Assembly (NCBI RefSeq): GCF_009936135.1 | Contig: NZ_CP047901.1 | Span: forward strand, 563,354 to 627,353 | DNA from: Candidatus Chazhemtobacterium aquaticus | GTDB lineage: Bacteria; Patescibacteriota; Microgenomatia; UBA1400; Chazhemtobacteraceae | Reading direction: 5' to 3' | Length of the DNA stretch: 64,000 nucleotides | The notes under the pieces: generated by a model | The model's database searches: none | What the model was told of the DNA's origin: nothing | Seen by the model: the letters and a program-made list of their open reading frames with translations, nothing else | Translations under genes and position numbers: made by a program | Shown: positions 1 through 10,856 of the stretch, piece by piece | Position numbering within the stretch: position 1 is the stretch's first letter | Layout of the letters: every line of letters begins with the position of its first letter

Positions 1-798
1 ATCAGTGAACTTCTTTCTGCCACACCAAGATCCATAATATATCTTACTAATCTTTAAGTTGGAATCAGAATAAAAACGCCTGACCACGTCCTCATCATAT
101 GCAATTGCAGCTTCAGGAATCTGATGATTTGTTGTCCAATAACCATCTGGGGTCTGTTCGAACGGTTGAGTATTGTTCTGGTCCCCTAACCTCTTTTTTG
201 AATCATCGTTAATTAAGAAATATGTAAAATATGCCTTACCTCCGGGTTTTAGTACCCGATATGACTCTTTTAAATAGTTTTGAACACTATCAGGTGTCAT
301 GTGCGTAAAGACCGACAAGGCCATAACTATATCAAAACTATTATCTTCAAAAGGAAAAACAAACTCCTCAGGCAAGATTTTTCCACGCGGGTTATATGCA
401 CCGTTATATATATCTACGTGTTGGAATCTAAAATTTGGAAAACGATTAGAAATATGTTTTCTGCACCATTTGACACCAGCTATAACTATTTCGATTCCAT
501 CATACCTTCCATGACTATCAATCAATTTGGTCAGTGGTAACGTGTGCCTACCTATTCCACTACCAATATCCAAAACCCTTATTGATGGCTCTGGATGTAA
601 TATTTGCACAAAACTGCTCATAAAAACATCACCACTTTTAAGAAAGTCGTCTAGACTTGCCGGACCATCGAACATTAATCTAGTTGGAGGGATGTGACTC
701 TTTCTCTTTCCAGAGACGCAATCATACAAATCGTGTATTTCCAAAAAAATAATTTTTAGAAACCTTTTTACCGTATTAAACTTTTTCAGTATAAACAT
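1..798 (-). CDS. Class I SAM-dependent methyltransferase (3' end runs off window; not in ORF track)
   Basis: Manual translation from ATG at 798: MFILKKFNTV...RVLDIGSGIGRH...FPFEDNSFDIVMALSVFTHM...RVLKPGG, open to the window edge; these are classic MTase motifs. Confidence 0.9.
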   Translation of the reverse strand, partial: MFILKKFNTVKRFLKIIFLEIHDLYDCVSGKRKSHIPPTRLMFDGPASLDDFLKSGDVFMSSFVQILHPEPSIRVLDIGSGIGRHTLPLTKLIDSHGRYDGIEIVIAGVKWCRKHISNRFPNFRFQHVDIYNGAYNPRGKILPEEFVFPFEDNSFDIVMALSVFTHMTPDSVQNYLKESYRVLKPGGKAYFTYFLINDDSKKRLGDQNNTQPFEQTPDGYWTTNHQIPEAAIAYDEDVVRRFYSDSNLKISKIYYGSWCGRKKFTD

Positions 799-857
799 AA
801 TATTCTCAAACAACACTCCAACTCTGAGGCATCCATCGGCACTCTAAGACAATAATA

Positions 858-3278
858 TCACCAAGGCAATTTAAAAACCCGACTCAAATGCAACCAAGCC
901 GAGTAGTAATACTCATCTGCCAAAGCATACTTCTTGTCCATATAGTAGTCCTCAGCAATCTGCAGTTTCTCTCTGGCTTTAGACAAGTCTCTTGTATACC
1001 ACTTCCACCTGCTTATTGTCTTCTCCAAATTAATGACCAGCCTTCTTCGACCAATAACCTGTTGTTTCTTGATCTCATAACCTGATTCCTTGATTATCTC
1101 CTCACTCCACAGGTCATATTCATCAAGTAACCCCATTACCATATCAACATCTTCCTGATTACCCTCCCTTGTATGTTGACCGTAAAGTCGATGGCTCCAG
1201 AACTTAATCTGTCTTAATATCCTTAACTGATCCTTGGCCTTTTCTGTCTTACTTAATCTCCCTATCAATCCATCAATCGAATACTTAACTGCATTACTTC
1301 CTCCAGGCCTCTCATTTCTACTGACAAGCTTTATCTGATCCCTGTGTATGTCAAAGGCGATTTCATCTACCTCGCCTGTTTTGCTCAATCTTCCAAAAAA
1401 CACTTCCCAGTCTGCTTTTTCCTGTTGGATATATCCAAAATGCAGTTCATAGTCACCCGTTTCACCATCAGCAATCACCTTCATCTTGTATCTGCCATCT
1501 GCTACTCCTGGCAACCACAATATCTTTCCATTGTCATCAATTATCGAATCAATTTCATTTCCAGACGAATCAAGTAGCTTAATTACTCCAGGAGAACGCA
1601 ACACCGCCACCAAAGCGGAATCATGCTCATCAGCAGTTTCATTAACTACGACTGAGGTTTCATCCAGTCCCAATCGTCCAAACAACGTTGTAATTCCTTC
1701 CTCTCCAAAAACAATCTCACCATGGTTAGCCTCAATCTCAAAATTATTATCAAAATCTGCCTTTGCACTACTAAGTAGCACTGTTCCGTCTCCATCACTC
1801 ATCAGTTTTTCAATTGGCTTGCCATCTTCCCACAGACCTAATAGCTCCTCGATTTTTGATCTTTGCTTAATATTTAACTGGTCGATTGTCTCTTCACCTT
1901 TTCCGGCTATCACCTCTACCTCATAATCCCCCTCGTTAATATCAGGCAAATTTGTATTTTGTTGATTCATTTCATTAATCGGGACATTTGTGCCATTTTT
2001 GTTTAAAAAGTTGTAAGTTGGCAGTACATCCTGAATGGAGGGTGACATTCTCCGTAGTGTCTCGATCGGTAACTCACCAAGATCCTGGTTAAATCTGACC
2101 AACAACTGGATCATCTGGCTTTGCCACCAAGAAGCATTCCAGGTTTCCAGTCCTTCCCAAGCTCCATATGCCTGAGTTACTCCTAGATTAGGAGATCCAA
2201 TCGCTACAATTTGGTCAATTAAACTATCACCATACTCACTCTCGTACGCTCTCGCTACAAGACCTCCGAAGCTATGGCCAACTAAGTCAACCTGCTCACC
2301 GTCCTCAAGTTTACCTTGAGTCTTTAGGTCGTTCATGTAGTCATTTAAGTCATCACTTAAATCAAACAGTTTCTTTCTCCAGTCGTACGGAAAGACAAAC
2401 AGATCTTCATTAAGGATATATCCTTCATTCTCAAGCGAAGCAATCACGTTATTGTATGTCTTAATCCATTCAGGAACTTTCCATGATTCACCAGGTTGTC
2501 CGTTTAGTATGGCTGGGTAGTTCCAGCTGGCAAACATGCCAGGGATGAGAATAATTTTGTCTCGCCCCTCTTCAATTTCGATTGGTTCGACTCGGATGTA
2601 GTCTATTTCGATCGAGCTCCACTCCCATCCCGAGCCCTGTATAGAAGGATTTCCAGCCCACAAACCAACAGGTAAGATATCGCTAGGTGCCGAAATAAAA
2701 ATTGGCACATAGTTATCATCAAGATATACCTCATAATGATTATCCTTATGTAGGTACTCTATTCTTACTTCGTGCCATGAAGTGTCCAAATCACCAGATC
2801 CATCGAAAGAGATACTTTGTAGTTGCCGCACGCAATCAGGATTATCTGACGGGCACAATGTCGTATATATTTTAAAACCATCAATATCCTGCCAAACTTG
2901 GAAAATCATTATGTCTGGCAATTCAGATAAAGGTAGCCCGTTACCATTTTCTGGAATATTTTGTGAAACAGACAGTCCTGTTCCCCATCTACCAGGCATC
3001 GTGTATCTAAAGGCAAATTCAATTTGAAAATCAGTATCAATATCTAAATCAAAACTCTCACCTGTCCTTATGTATGGAAAGGTCTGAGGATATCCAAAGT
3101 TTGCACCGCTAAGAACGACAGAATTAGGTAAATGCTGTATCTGACCAGAATTGGTTGACACAACCCAAGGCTCTTCAAAGCTTCCAGTGAAGTTTTCATT
3201 AAAAGCATGAGCAGAAGAGCAAAAAAACAAACCGGAGCAGAATGCAAAAACTAAACCAACAAAAAACCTCTTAAACAC
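858..3278 (-). CDS. Secreted alpha/beta-hydrolase (LCAT/PGAP1-like lipase/acyltransferase) with N-terminal beta-rich domain
   Basis: Signal peptide ending AHA; IILIPGM, FPYDWR, GHSFGG nucleophile elbow, GSPNLG, GDGTV, H. Confidence 0.8.
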   Translation of the reverse strand: MFKRFFVGLVFAFCSGLFFCSSAHAFNENFTGSFEEPWVVSTNSGQIQHLPNSVVLSGANFGYPQTFPYIRTGESFDLDIDTDFQIEFAFRYTMPGRWGTGLSVSQNIPENGNGLPLSELPDIMIFQVWQDIDGFKIYTTLCPSDNPDCVRQLQSISFDGSGDLDTSWHEVRIEYLHKDNHYEVYLDDNYVPIFISAPSDILPVGLWAGNPSIQGSGWEWSSIEIDYIRVEPIEIEEGRDKIILIPGMFASWNYPAILNGQPGESWKVPEWIKTYNNVIASLENEGYILNEDLFVFPYDWRKKLFDLSDDLNDYMNDLKTQGKLEDGEQVDLVGHSFGGLVARAYESEYGDSLIDQIVAIGSPNLGVTQAYGAWEGLETWNASWWQSQMIQLLVRFNQDLGELPIETLRRMSPSIQDVLPTYNFLNKNGTNVPINEMNQQNTNLPDINEGDYEVEVIAGKGEETIDQLNIKQRSKIEELLGLWEDGKPIEKLMSDGDGTVLLSSAKADFDNNFEIEANHGEIVFGEEGITTLFGRLGLDETSVVVNETADEHDSALVAVLRSPGVIKLLDSSGNEIDSIIDDNGKILWLPGVADGRYKMKVIADGETGDYELHFGYIQQEKADWEVFFGRLSKTGEVDEIAFDIHRDQIKLVSRNERPGGSNAVKYSIDGLIGRLSKTEKAKDQLRILRQIKFWSHRLYGQHTREGNQEDVDMVMGLLDEYDLWSEEIIKESGYEIKKQQVIGRRRLVINLEKTISRWKWYTRDLSKAREKLQIAEDYYMDKKYALADEYYYSAWLHLSRVFKLPW

Positions 3279-3310
3279 TATAAAATTAAACTACTAAATT
3301 AAGCACGCCC

Positions 3311-4453
3311 ATGTCAAGCAAAAAAAAAGTCGCTGTATTCCATAACCTACCTGGCGGAGGTAGCTATCGAGTTATGCAACAGCTCATAGATCACCTTGTC
3401 GGTTTTGGTTATGAAGTAGACGTGTATTACACTACTGAAAAAGGACAGTCTCTAAAAAGATCATTAAACAACGTTTTACGTACTTATGAATACAAGCTGT
3501 CTATTCCTAGAAACTTAATTGTAAGGTTGATTTGGATACTTTGTGTTCTTCCCAATATTCATAGAGAAATCGCAAAAAAGATAAACAAAAAAGCATACAG
3601 GTTCGTTCTTATTAACCATGACTACCTTACAAAATCACCATATATCATAAAATTCATCAAACATAAAAGAGTGTACGTGTTACACGAGCCTCAGCGAGAG
3701 TTTTATGAACCAGCCGGTATACACGCACCCGATCTCAAAAGAAGAATCGCAAACATGCTCCGATATCCAATAAAAATTGTAGACGAAAACAATACAAAGA
3801 ATGCAGACTATGTTATTTGTAATTCAACATATTCAAGACAAATAATCAAAAAAATATATAAAAAAGACGCTATACTCCTGTACCCAGCTGTTGACAAAAA
3901 CATTTTCAAGCCGGACAGGTCAATTAAAAAGGAAAATCTAATAATTGTTGTTGGGACAATATCAAAGGTCAAGGGACAAGACTTTGTTATCACGTCGTTA
4001 CTCCCCATACTTGGTATATACAGGCTAATAATTTTTGGCGGAGGAAGCGTTGAAGAGAAAACAAGGATTAAAAAAATAACCAAAGAAAATACAAGTAAAT
4101 ATATAGAGATTATTGAAAATGGTAGTGATGTAAAACTAGTAAATTTGTATAGAAGGGCTAAAGTTGTCTGCATAGGAGCACACCGCGAACCCTTTGGGTT
4201 AACTTCCATTGAGGCACAGTCGACAGGTACTCCAGTAGTTGCAGTAAGAGAAGGAGGAGTGCCCGAAACAATAATTGATAACAAAACAGGTTATTTATCC
4301 AACAGAGATCCTGTGCAATTTCTGAGCAAAACCAAAAAAGCTCTCAACAATTACACTACACTAGGTAGGCAAGCACAGATTAACGTAAGACGCTTTAGTA
4401 CCAAAACACAAGAACGCAACTTTAAAAAATTTCTTCAAAAATATGTCGATTAA
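3311..4453 (+). CDS. Glycosyltransferase family 4
   Basis: HNLPGGG N-terminus; EPFGLTSIEAQSTGTPVV (ExFG-x4-E) motif. Confidence 0.92.
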   Translation: MSSKKKVAVFHNLPGGGSYRVMQQLIDHLVGFGYEVDVYYTTEKGQSLKRSLNNVLRTYEYKLSIPRNLIVRLIWILCVLPNIHREIAKKINKKAYRFVLINHDYLTKSPYIIKFIKHKRVYVLHEPQREFYEPAGIHAPDLKRRIANMLRYPIKIVDENNTKNADYVICNSTYSRQIIKKIYKKDAILLYPAVDKNIFKPDRSIKKENLIIVVGTISKVKGQDFVITSLLPILGIYRLIIFGGGSVEEKTRIKKITKENTSKYIEIIENGSDVKLVNLYRRAKVVCIGAHREPFGLTSIEAQSTGTPVVAVREGGVPETIIDNKTGYLSNRDPVQFLSKTKKALNNYTTLGRQAQINVRRFSTKTQERNFKKFLQKYVD

Positions 4454-5783
4454 GAAGACTCTAATCAAGAACAGCTCATATAATCTAATCAGCTATGCCT
4501 ACTTAGCTGTTGCTAGCCTGATAAGCATCCCTATCATCCTCAACAGTTTAGGTGGGGAGCTATATGGCTCATATATTCTCTTTAACGGAATCGTCTTAGT
4601 TGCTGCCACCTTTGATCTTGGTTTAAGCCAGGCAACTATTAGATGGTTGTCTCTTCCAAAGATCAATCAAGCCACTAGAGTTAACACCTGGAAAACATCT
4701 CTTTTCTTCTTTTACATCCTCGCTGCTTTACTATCCTTCATCACCTTCATTCTTCTACGTTTCTTCCTCATTGATCTCCCTGCATTCACGCCAATTAATC
4801 CTGATCAATATTTACTAGCTACTGTCATCGCCAGTGGCATCGTTCTTATCAATCACCTCAACATAGCTTTCTTAACCATTCCTCAAGCTCATCAACGTTT
4901 TGATATCTACAACACCCGTACCATCATTGTTGGCACCGCCAACACCCTCATAACTGCCTGGCTGTCAACCAAAACGGACAACATTGCAGTTTTATTAGGA
5001 CTCCAATTTATCTTCCACCTATCTGCCTTTATTACCCTCCTTAGCTATTCCCATCATCAGCTAGGAGCTAACCCACTCATTCCCAAGCTACACAAACAAC
5101 TTTCCAAAGAACTTCTCGGATTTGGAGGTAAGAATTTCGTTACTAATATAGCCAACCAGATTCGAGTCCAGTTCTCCAACTTCATTTTAGGCGGACTCAT
5201 TGGGCCTGTCGCGGTCACCGCCTTCAGCATCCCTCAAAATCTCATTATCAAAGCTGCCGGAGCCATCTCTCAAGTTACACTAGCTTTCTTTCCCCTAAGT
5301 ACTTCACTGACTTCACCTGAGCGCTTTCCAAAATTAAAGCGACTCATTATCCAACTTCAGCTAATCATTTTCTTACTGGGTATCATTCAGGTCTTCGTTG
5401 TCTATCAATACGGATATCAAATCTTGACTCTCTGGCTTAACAACCCAGAAGTGGTGATCCAAGCATATCCAGTTTTAAAGATACTAAGCTGGTTCTTCTT
5501 ACTCACCATTCTTACTCCCATCCCCACAGCTGTTTTTGAAAGCTTAAACAAACCTCAGATACCGGCCATCACAGCTAGTTTAAATACTATTTTTACTATT
5601 GGCTTAATCTATATGCTTACTAGCCGTTACAACCAAGTCGACCCGTCTCTTATGCCTGCATACGCAAATTTAATATCGTCACTGATTCTTGTCCCAGCCC
5701 TATTAATCGCTCTTGCTAAATCGTTATCGGGATACGAAAAGACTATTCAATCTACAAAGACACAGTACAATACCAAGTTATGA
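4443..5783 (+). CDS. Wzx-type oligosaccharide flippase
   Basis: Many TM helices, KNSSYN start, LGGELYG, DLGLSQATIR; lies in a GT cluster. Confidence 0.85.
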   Translation: MSIKKTLIKNSSYNLISYAYLAVASLISIPIILNSLGGELYGSYILFNGIVLVAATFDLGLSQATIRWLSLPKINQATRVNTWKTSLFFFYILAALLSFITFILLRFFLIDLPAFTPINPDQYLLATVIASGIVLINHLNIAFLTIPQAHQRFDIYNTRTIIVGTANTLITAWLSTKTDNIAVLLGLQFIFHLSAFITLLSYSHHQLGANPLIPKLHKQLSKELLGFGGKNFVTNIANQIRVQFSNFILGGLIGPVAVTAFSIPQNLIIKAAGAISQVTLAFFPLSTSLTSPERFPKLKRLIIQLQLIIFLLGIIQVFVVYQYGYQILTLWLNNPEVVIQAYPVLKILSWFFLLTILTPIPTAVFESLNKPQIPAITASLNTIFTIGLIYMLTSRYNQVDPSLMPAYANLISSLILVPALLIALAKSLSGYEKTIQSTKTQYNTKL

Positions 5784-6493
5784 TATACGCATCTATCCCT
5801 GCGGCTGGCAAGGGTACTAGGCTTCAGCCGCTAGCATTTTCTAAGGAGCTGGCATTAATTGGTGAGAAAACGGTTATCGAATACACACTCGAGAGACTAG
5901 TGCTCGCTGGAGTTACCAGAATTTTCATCACCATAAACTCTGACAAACTCGATATCCCAAGATATCTTTCAGACAAAACTAAATACGGACAATACATTTC
6001 ATACATAGTCAAAGATAGCCATTCACTTCCAGAAAGCGTATTTGCCCCCGCCAAGTTTATTAAATCAAATGATCATCTAGTGTTTGGTCTCCCAGATACC
6101 ATCTGGTATCCAAAAAACTGCTACAAGATATTGATTGACAACATTCGGGGCAATCTTACTCTTGGCTTATTCGATTCTGGGTCACCTGAAAAATTTGACT
6201 CAGTAGTAACTAATTCAAATAATCAGATTAAACAGATTGACGTCAAGATTCCAAATCCAAAAACAAAATGGACTTGGGGGATTGGTGCTATTAACAAGTC
6301 GGCTATTAAGTTCATTGACTCATATTTACAAAAACAAGATCAGCTAGAACCAATTTTTGGTATTGCTGCCAACCAGTATTGTCAGGAAGAAACATGTTAC
6401 GCCATCAAATTCCCAAACAGTTCATATCTTGATATAGGTCGCAAAGAAGACTACCAGAATGCTACCCAGTTCATAAAAAAACATCATGAGTAA
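5780..6493 (+). CDS. Sugar-phosphate nucleotidyltransferase
   Basis: IPAAGKGTRLQP...SKEL motif; YLDIG. Confidence 0.88.
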   Translation: MIYASIPAAGKGTRLQPLAFSKELALIGEKTVIEYTLERLVLAGVTRIFITINSDKLDIPRYLSDKTKYGQYISYIVKDSHSLPESVFAPAKFIKSNDHLVFGLPDTIWYPKNCYKILIDNIRGNLTLGLFDSGSPEKFDSVVTNSNNQIKQIDVKIPNPKTKWTWGIGAINKSAIKFIDSYLQKQDQLEPIFGIAANQYCQEETCYAIKFPNSSYLDIGRKEDYQNATQFIKKHHE

Positions 6494-7418
6494 TCCTTTG
6501 GTCAGTATCTGCATACCAACCTACAACAGAGAGAAGTATCTTAAACACACAATTGAATCAGCTCTTAAGCAAACATACTCAAATATCGAAATCATTGTTA
6601 GTGATAATGCCTCAGATGACAACACAGTTAATCTGGTTAAAAGCTTCAAAGACAAGCGAATTCATTTAATTGTTCAAAAGAAAAATATTGGCATGGTTCC
6701 CAATTGGAATGCTTGCATAAAGAAGGCTAGGGGAGAGTATATAAAATTTATCGCTTCAGATGACCTAATTGATCCTAATGCGGTCAGCCAGTTGGTAAAG
6801 CCAATACACAAAGATTCATCTATCTCTATTGTTACTTGCAAAAGAAGGTTAATAGACGAAACAGGTAAGACAATTTCAACTCTGCAATACTCCAATCAAA
6901 ACAGAAAAGTTGACGGGATGACTCATGCTCGTTGGATCCTAAAAAATATCCGCCAAAACAAAATCGGAGAACCAACCAGCACTTTATTTCGGCGCACAGA
7001 TGCAATCAAAGCAGGTTTATTCGATCCACAATTTTCACAATTTGCAGATTTCGAGTTCTGGATTCGACTACTTGCTATCGGTGACTTGTATTACCTTAAT
7101 CAAGCACTTTGTTCATTTCGTACCCATCCCGACTCAGGGACGACCCAATCCCAATATAACGGTAAATACATAAGTGAGATATTCAAATTAATTGAAAAAT
7201 ATTATCACAACCCCAAGCTAAAAAAGACATATGGATTAACAGATAAAGACGAAACATTAGTCAAAAACAAACGAACTTTGGACATAGTCAAAAGCATTAA
7301 AGACTTGTTCATTCAAGGTAACATCACTCAAGCAGCCAGATTTTACTCACTTCTCAATCAACATCTTAGTTTGAGCAAGATCTCCTCAACCACAATCTCG
7401 CATCTCCTGAAATCATGA
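6486..7418 (+). CDS. Glycosyltransferase family 2
   Basis: VSICIPTYNR, SDNASDD, ASDD. Confidence 0.92.
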   Translation: MSNPLVSICIPTYNREKYLKHTIESALKQTYSNIEIIVSDNASDDNTVNLVKSFKDKRIHLIVQKKNIGMVPNWNACIKKARGEYIKFIASDDLIDPNAVSQLVKPIHKDSSISIVTCKRRLIDETGKTISTLQYSNQNRKVDGMTHARWILKNIRQNKIGEPTSTLFRRTDAIKAGLFDPQFSQFADFEFWIRLLAIGDLYYLNQALCSFRTHPDSGTTQSQYNGKYISEIFKLIEKYYHNPKLKKTYGLTDKDETLVKNKRTLDIVKSIKDLFIQGNITQAARFYSLLNQHLSLSKISSTTISHLLKS

Positions 7419-8242
7419 AAACCGCCATCATTATTCTTAATTACAAAGACTATCAGGCTACAGCTGATTGCATTGCTTCAGTTAATAAATCAGACCTACC
7501 GCTAAGATCCACGATTTATGTTGTTGATAACTCAAATGACCCGGCTAGACAACGCCTCCTTCAAAAACAACATCCCCACATCAAAATAATTAAAAACAGG
7601 CGTAACTATGGTTTTGCTAAAGGTAACAACATTGGTATCAAAATGGCCATTAAGGACGGCGCTAGCCACCTACTTATTCTCAATCCAGATGCTTCAATAC
7701 CTAAAGTATTCTTCAAACCTCTCCTTAATCATCTCAATAAAGATCCCAAAATCGCCCTTATCGCCCCAGGACATCTCCACAATAATCAAATCACCCTTGG
7801 TGGTTTTCTAAATCGTTTCACCGGTATGGCCAAACATCAGACCATTAAACGTATAAGAAACAAATCAACATTAACCTTTCATGATTACGTTTCATTTGCA
7901 TGCGTTCTCCTAAAAGCAGATGTTGTAAAAAAGATTGGCTTACTTAACGATCAGTATTTCATGTATTTCGAAGATGTTGAATACTGCCTTAATCTCAGGA
8001 GTGGGGGATACAAAATTGCCGCTGACCGTTCTGTTCTTATATCTCACCAAACCTCATCAAGTTTCTCGTCCTCGCTAGGAAAATTAAAGCATCTCGTACC
8101 TAGTCATTTTCGTTTCATCATCAACAATCTACACGGAATAAACAAACTTACTGCTCTTGTCTATCAATCCATTCACTACCCATACCTATATCTTCTCTGG
8201 ACCTATCACCACTGGCGCTATCGCCGTATCTCTACAACATAA
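7415..8242 (+). CDS. Glycosyltransferase family 2 (rhamnosyltransferase-like)
   Basis: NYGFAKGNNIG, LNPD, FMYFEDVEYC. Confidence 0.9.
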   Translation: MKTAIIILNYKDYQATADCIASVNKSDLPLRSTIYVVDNSNDPARQRLLQKQHPHIKIIKNRRNYGFAKGNNIGIKMAIKDGASHLLILNPDASIPKVFFKPLLNHLNKDPKIALIAPGHLHNNQITLGGFLNRFTGMAKHQTIKRIRNKSTLTFHDYVSFACVLLKADVVKKIGLLNDQYFMYFEDVEYCLNLRSGGYKIAADRSVLISHQTSSSFSSSLGKLKHLVPSHFRFIINNLHGINKLTALVYQSIHYPYLYLLWTYHHWRYRRISTT

Positions 8243-9690
8243 TCATCAACCAGGTTAATCGTCCTCGTCTTGCCTAATAGTTCAAGAGTAGTTTCTACCT
8301 CTCGTATCCCCGGTTGCTTAAGAATCCCTAGCCTAATATCCTTACCCTCATCCTCTAGCTCATACACCACTCTTACCCAACTGTTTGTTCCTGCTCTAGT
8401 GGTGTTAAACAAACCAATCTCGCTAAATCCATATACCTGTTGGATATCTAGCTCCTCGCTTTTCCCGCTGTATGGTTGTGGCCACAGACCCAGATCTCCA
8501 GTTATCGTCGGCAGTGCCGATACCTGAATGTTTTCTGCCTTCTCAGGAATGTAGAAACGCAAATAGCTTAAGTAATTACCTCCATAAAACTTTGGCTTCA
8601 CTGCAAACTCCTGAGGCGCCTGATTAGATATCTCTACTTCAATTAAATGAACCAATCTTCCATTCGCTGCTACCAGTCTTTGCTTCATTACTCTGCTCAC
8701 ACAACAATTAGCCTTATTTACTCCCAAATTCATCTCAATCACTCCCACGTTAATAGTCTGATGTATTTCATCACTCACTACCAACGGGGCATACTCACCA
8801 GACCAGCCCAGTTCATGGATGGTGTTCTGCGCCGATTCATCTGTAGAGTTAACAACAATATTCTTGTTCTCCAGATCCTCAAAGATTATTTTAGCTACCT
8901 TAAACTTGTCCATGAAGCTTAAATTCTCAAGTTTTTGCATTAACTTCTTTCCTGTCGCCGTTAGAGCGTCTCTTTTTTGGGTTGATCCGGGGAAAAAGTT
9001 CACTTCAGTGTTATCCTCCAACCACTTGTAGAAGTTGTCTTGGTTTAAAGTCTCACCATACTCAGCTATCTCTATCTCACCAATCACGCCCATAATTTTC
9101 TCCATCGTCGAGATATTAAGCGTGATTAGCACATCAGGTACTACCTCCTTCCCTTTATCAAAAAACCATCTAATTGCCGTTGCACTTTTAGGAAAATCAG
9201 GACTCCAGTCAGCATTAGGCAATCGATGACTCCCAGTCTTAAAAGCACGCTGTAACGGCTCTGGTGGGGCAATATACCCCTCTATCTGCCCATCCGGAAC
9301 ATAAATATCCTCAAACCTGACTTCATACCCTCCGCTTTTTACACTTACCACTGCATAAGAGCCCATAAATCCGCCAAAGGTTCTCAGCTCTCTGTCATTA
9401 AGCAGTAACACCGTGTACACCGTCTCTTCGTTTTTCCCTAACCAATACTCACTATCCTCGAGCAATGGTTCAATTTTTTTAAATATAGCTACTGGTTCTC
9501 TTACCTGCTTAAGCGGAACAACTCTACTCAGGGTCTCTAGTTTGCTAATAACCTCAGGAGCGATGTTAATACAGCTCTCAACATCTCCTCCTCGACAGGC
9601 CGCAGTTTCTCTTGCCAATCCGACTACCGACCAAGTTAGTATTAGTAACAAAACAAACAGTCCTAGTAAGATACCTTTAACCCATTTCAT
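8218..9690 (-). CDS. DUF4012-family membrane-anchored protein
   Basis: LLNDRELRTFGGFMGSY, PNADWSPDFP, NLGVNKAN, YLRFYIP, KQPG; start moved to ATG 9690, which is preceded by TATACT. Confidence 0.8.
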   Translation of the reverse strand: MKWVKGILLGLFVLLLILTWSVVGLARETAACRGGDVESCINIAPEVISKLETLSRVVPLKQVREPVAIFKKIEPLLEDSEYWLGKNEETVYTVLLLNDRELRTFGGFMGSYAVVSVKSGGYEVRFEDIYVPDGQIEGYIAPPEPLQRAFKTGSHRLPNADWSPDFPKSATAIRWFFDKGKEVVPDVLITLNISTMEKIMGVIGEIEIAEYGETLNQDNFYKWLEDNTEVNFFPGSTQKRDALTATGKKLMQKLENLSFMDKFKVAKIIFEDLENKNIVVNSTDESAQNTIHELGWSGEYAPLVVSDEIHQTINVGVIEMNLGVNKANCCVSRVMKQRLVAANGRLVHLIEVEISNQAPQEFAVKPKFYGGNYLSYLRFYIPEKAENIQVSALPTITGDLGLWPQPYSGKSEELDIQQVYGFSEIGLFNTTRAGTNSWVRVVYELEDEGKDIRLGILKQPGIREVETTLELLGKTRTINLVDDYVVEIRR

Positions 9691-9722
9691 TAACTCCAGT
9701 ATATGTGATAAAAATATACTCC

Positions 9723-10100
9723 ATGTCATTATCACCCGAAACTGCTACCATTTACGATCCGGAACAGTACTCAGAGGATGAGCTCCGTGCCTATCAAGCC
9801 CAAGTCTTAGCCGAGATCGCCTCAGAGCTTGAAGCAGGTGACCATCTAGCTCAGGCAGGGGTAGAGGTAGTTTGTTTTACTAGTCTTTCAGCTGGTAGGG
9901 GACGCAGGCGGCGCACTCCCAGAGAAGTCATCCTCGTTAAATTTGCCGGCACTGTTCATCAGTTTGATCGTGAAAGATATCCTGCCTACAGAGGAGCTGA
10001 TTCTCATGCTCAGGAAGTTTTTGCCGATCATGGAGAAAACGGGCACGATCCCTATGATCTCTACTTTGACGCCGTCCTTGGTGCCATATCTGCCCGCTAG
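9723..10100 (+). CDS. Hypothetical protein
   Basis: ORF filling the gap between DUF4012 and GT2; no recognised motif. Confidence 0.55.
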   Translation: MSLSPETATIYDPEQYSEDELRAYQAQVLAEIASELEAGDHLAQAGVEVVCFTSLSAGRGRRRRTPREVILVKFAGTVHQFDRERYPAYRGADSHAQEVFADHGENGHDPYDLYFDAVLGAISAR

Positions 10101-10118
10101 AGGTTACAATCATCCTAA

Positions 10119-10856
10119 ATGACACTCTCCGCCATAGTCTTAACCCACAACAGCCAAGACACTCTTGATACCTGTCTCTCATCACTTGAATTCGCAAACG
10201 AGCTACTAGTCATTGATGATCTATCAACTGACAACACGCCAACTATCGCCAAACGTCATCACGCCAAGGTTATACCCCATCCTCTTACAGACTTTGCCGC
10301 TCAACGCAATTTTGCCTTAAAACAAGCTACCTGTAACTGGGTTCTTTTTGTCGACTCTGATGAATCAGTTCCACCCACTCTAGCCAAACAGATTCTCAAA
10401 GCAATTAAATCAACCAACATAAATGGTTACTACCTTAAGCGCCAAGATATTTTCTTAAACAAAACTCTACGTCATGGCGAAACCAGTCAAGTCCGCTTAC
10501 TAAGACTTGCCAAGAAATCAGCAGGTACCTGGCAGCGACCGGTTCATGAATTCTGGCATATCAAGGGACAGACCTCTACTCTCACCCACCCCTTACTTCA
10601 TCAGCGAAACCTAAGCTTTTCCCAGTTTATCGACAGGCTCAATCACTACACCGATCTTGATGCTAAAGCCTTACTAGCTGAAAACAAACCCTTCTCCTAC
10701 TTTGATCTCTTACTAAAACCACTGGGGAAGTTTGTTTACAACTACTTTGTTTTATTGGGTTTCTTGGATGGCTTCCCAGGTTTCATCATGGCTTTTTCCA
10801 TGAGTCTTCACTCTCTCATTGTTAGAATCAAACTCTATGAGCATGCATCTGCCTAA
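10119..10856 (+). CDS. Glycosyltransferase family 2 (KdtX/beta-1,4-glucosyltransferase-like)
   Basis: DFAAQRNFAL, WVLFVDSDE, VHE, GFLDG. Confidence 0.9.
   Translation: MTLSAIVLTHNSQDTLDTCLSSLEFANELLVIDDLSTDNTPTIAKRHHAKVIPHPLTDFAAQRNFALKQATCNWVLFVDSDESVPPTLAKQILKAIKSTNINGYYLKRQDIFLNKTLRHGETSQVRLLRLAKKSAGTWQRPVHEFWHIKGQTSTLTHPLLHQRNLSFSQFIDRLNHYTDLDAKALLAENKPFSYFDLLLKPLGKFVYNYFVLLGFLDGFPGFIMAFSMSLHSLIVRIKLYEHASA

Noticed and set aside
280-540. Short + strand ORFs 280..540 and 299..514
   Set aside because: Antisense shadows of the real minus-strand methyltransferase at 1..798
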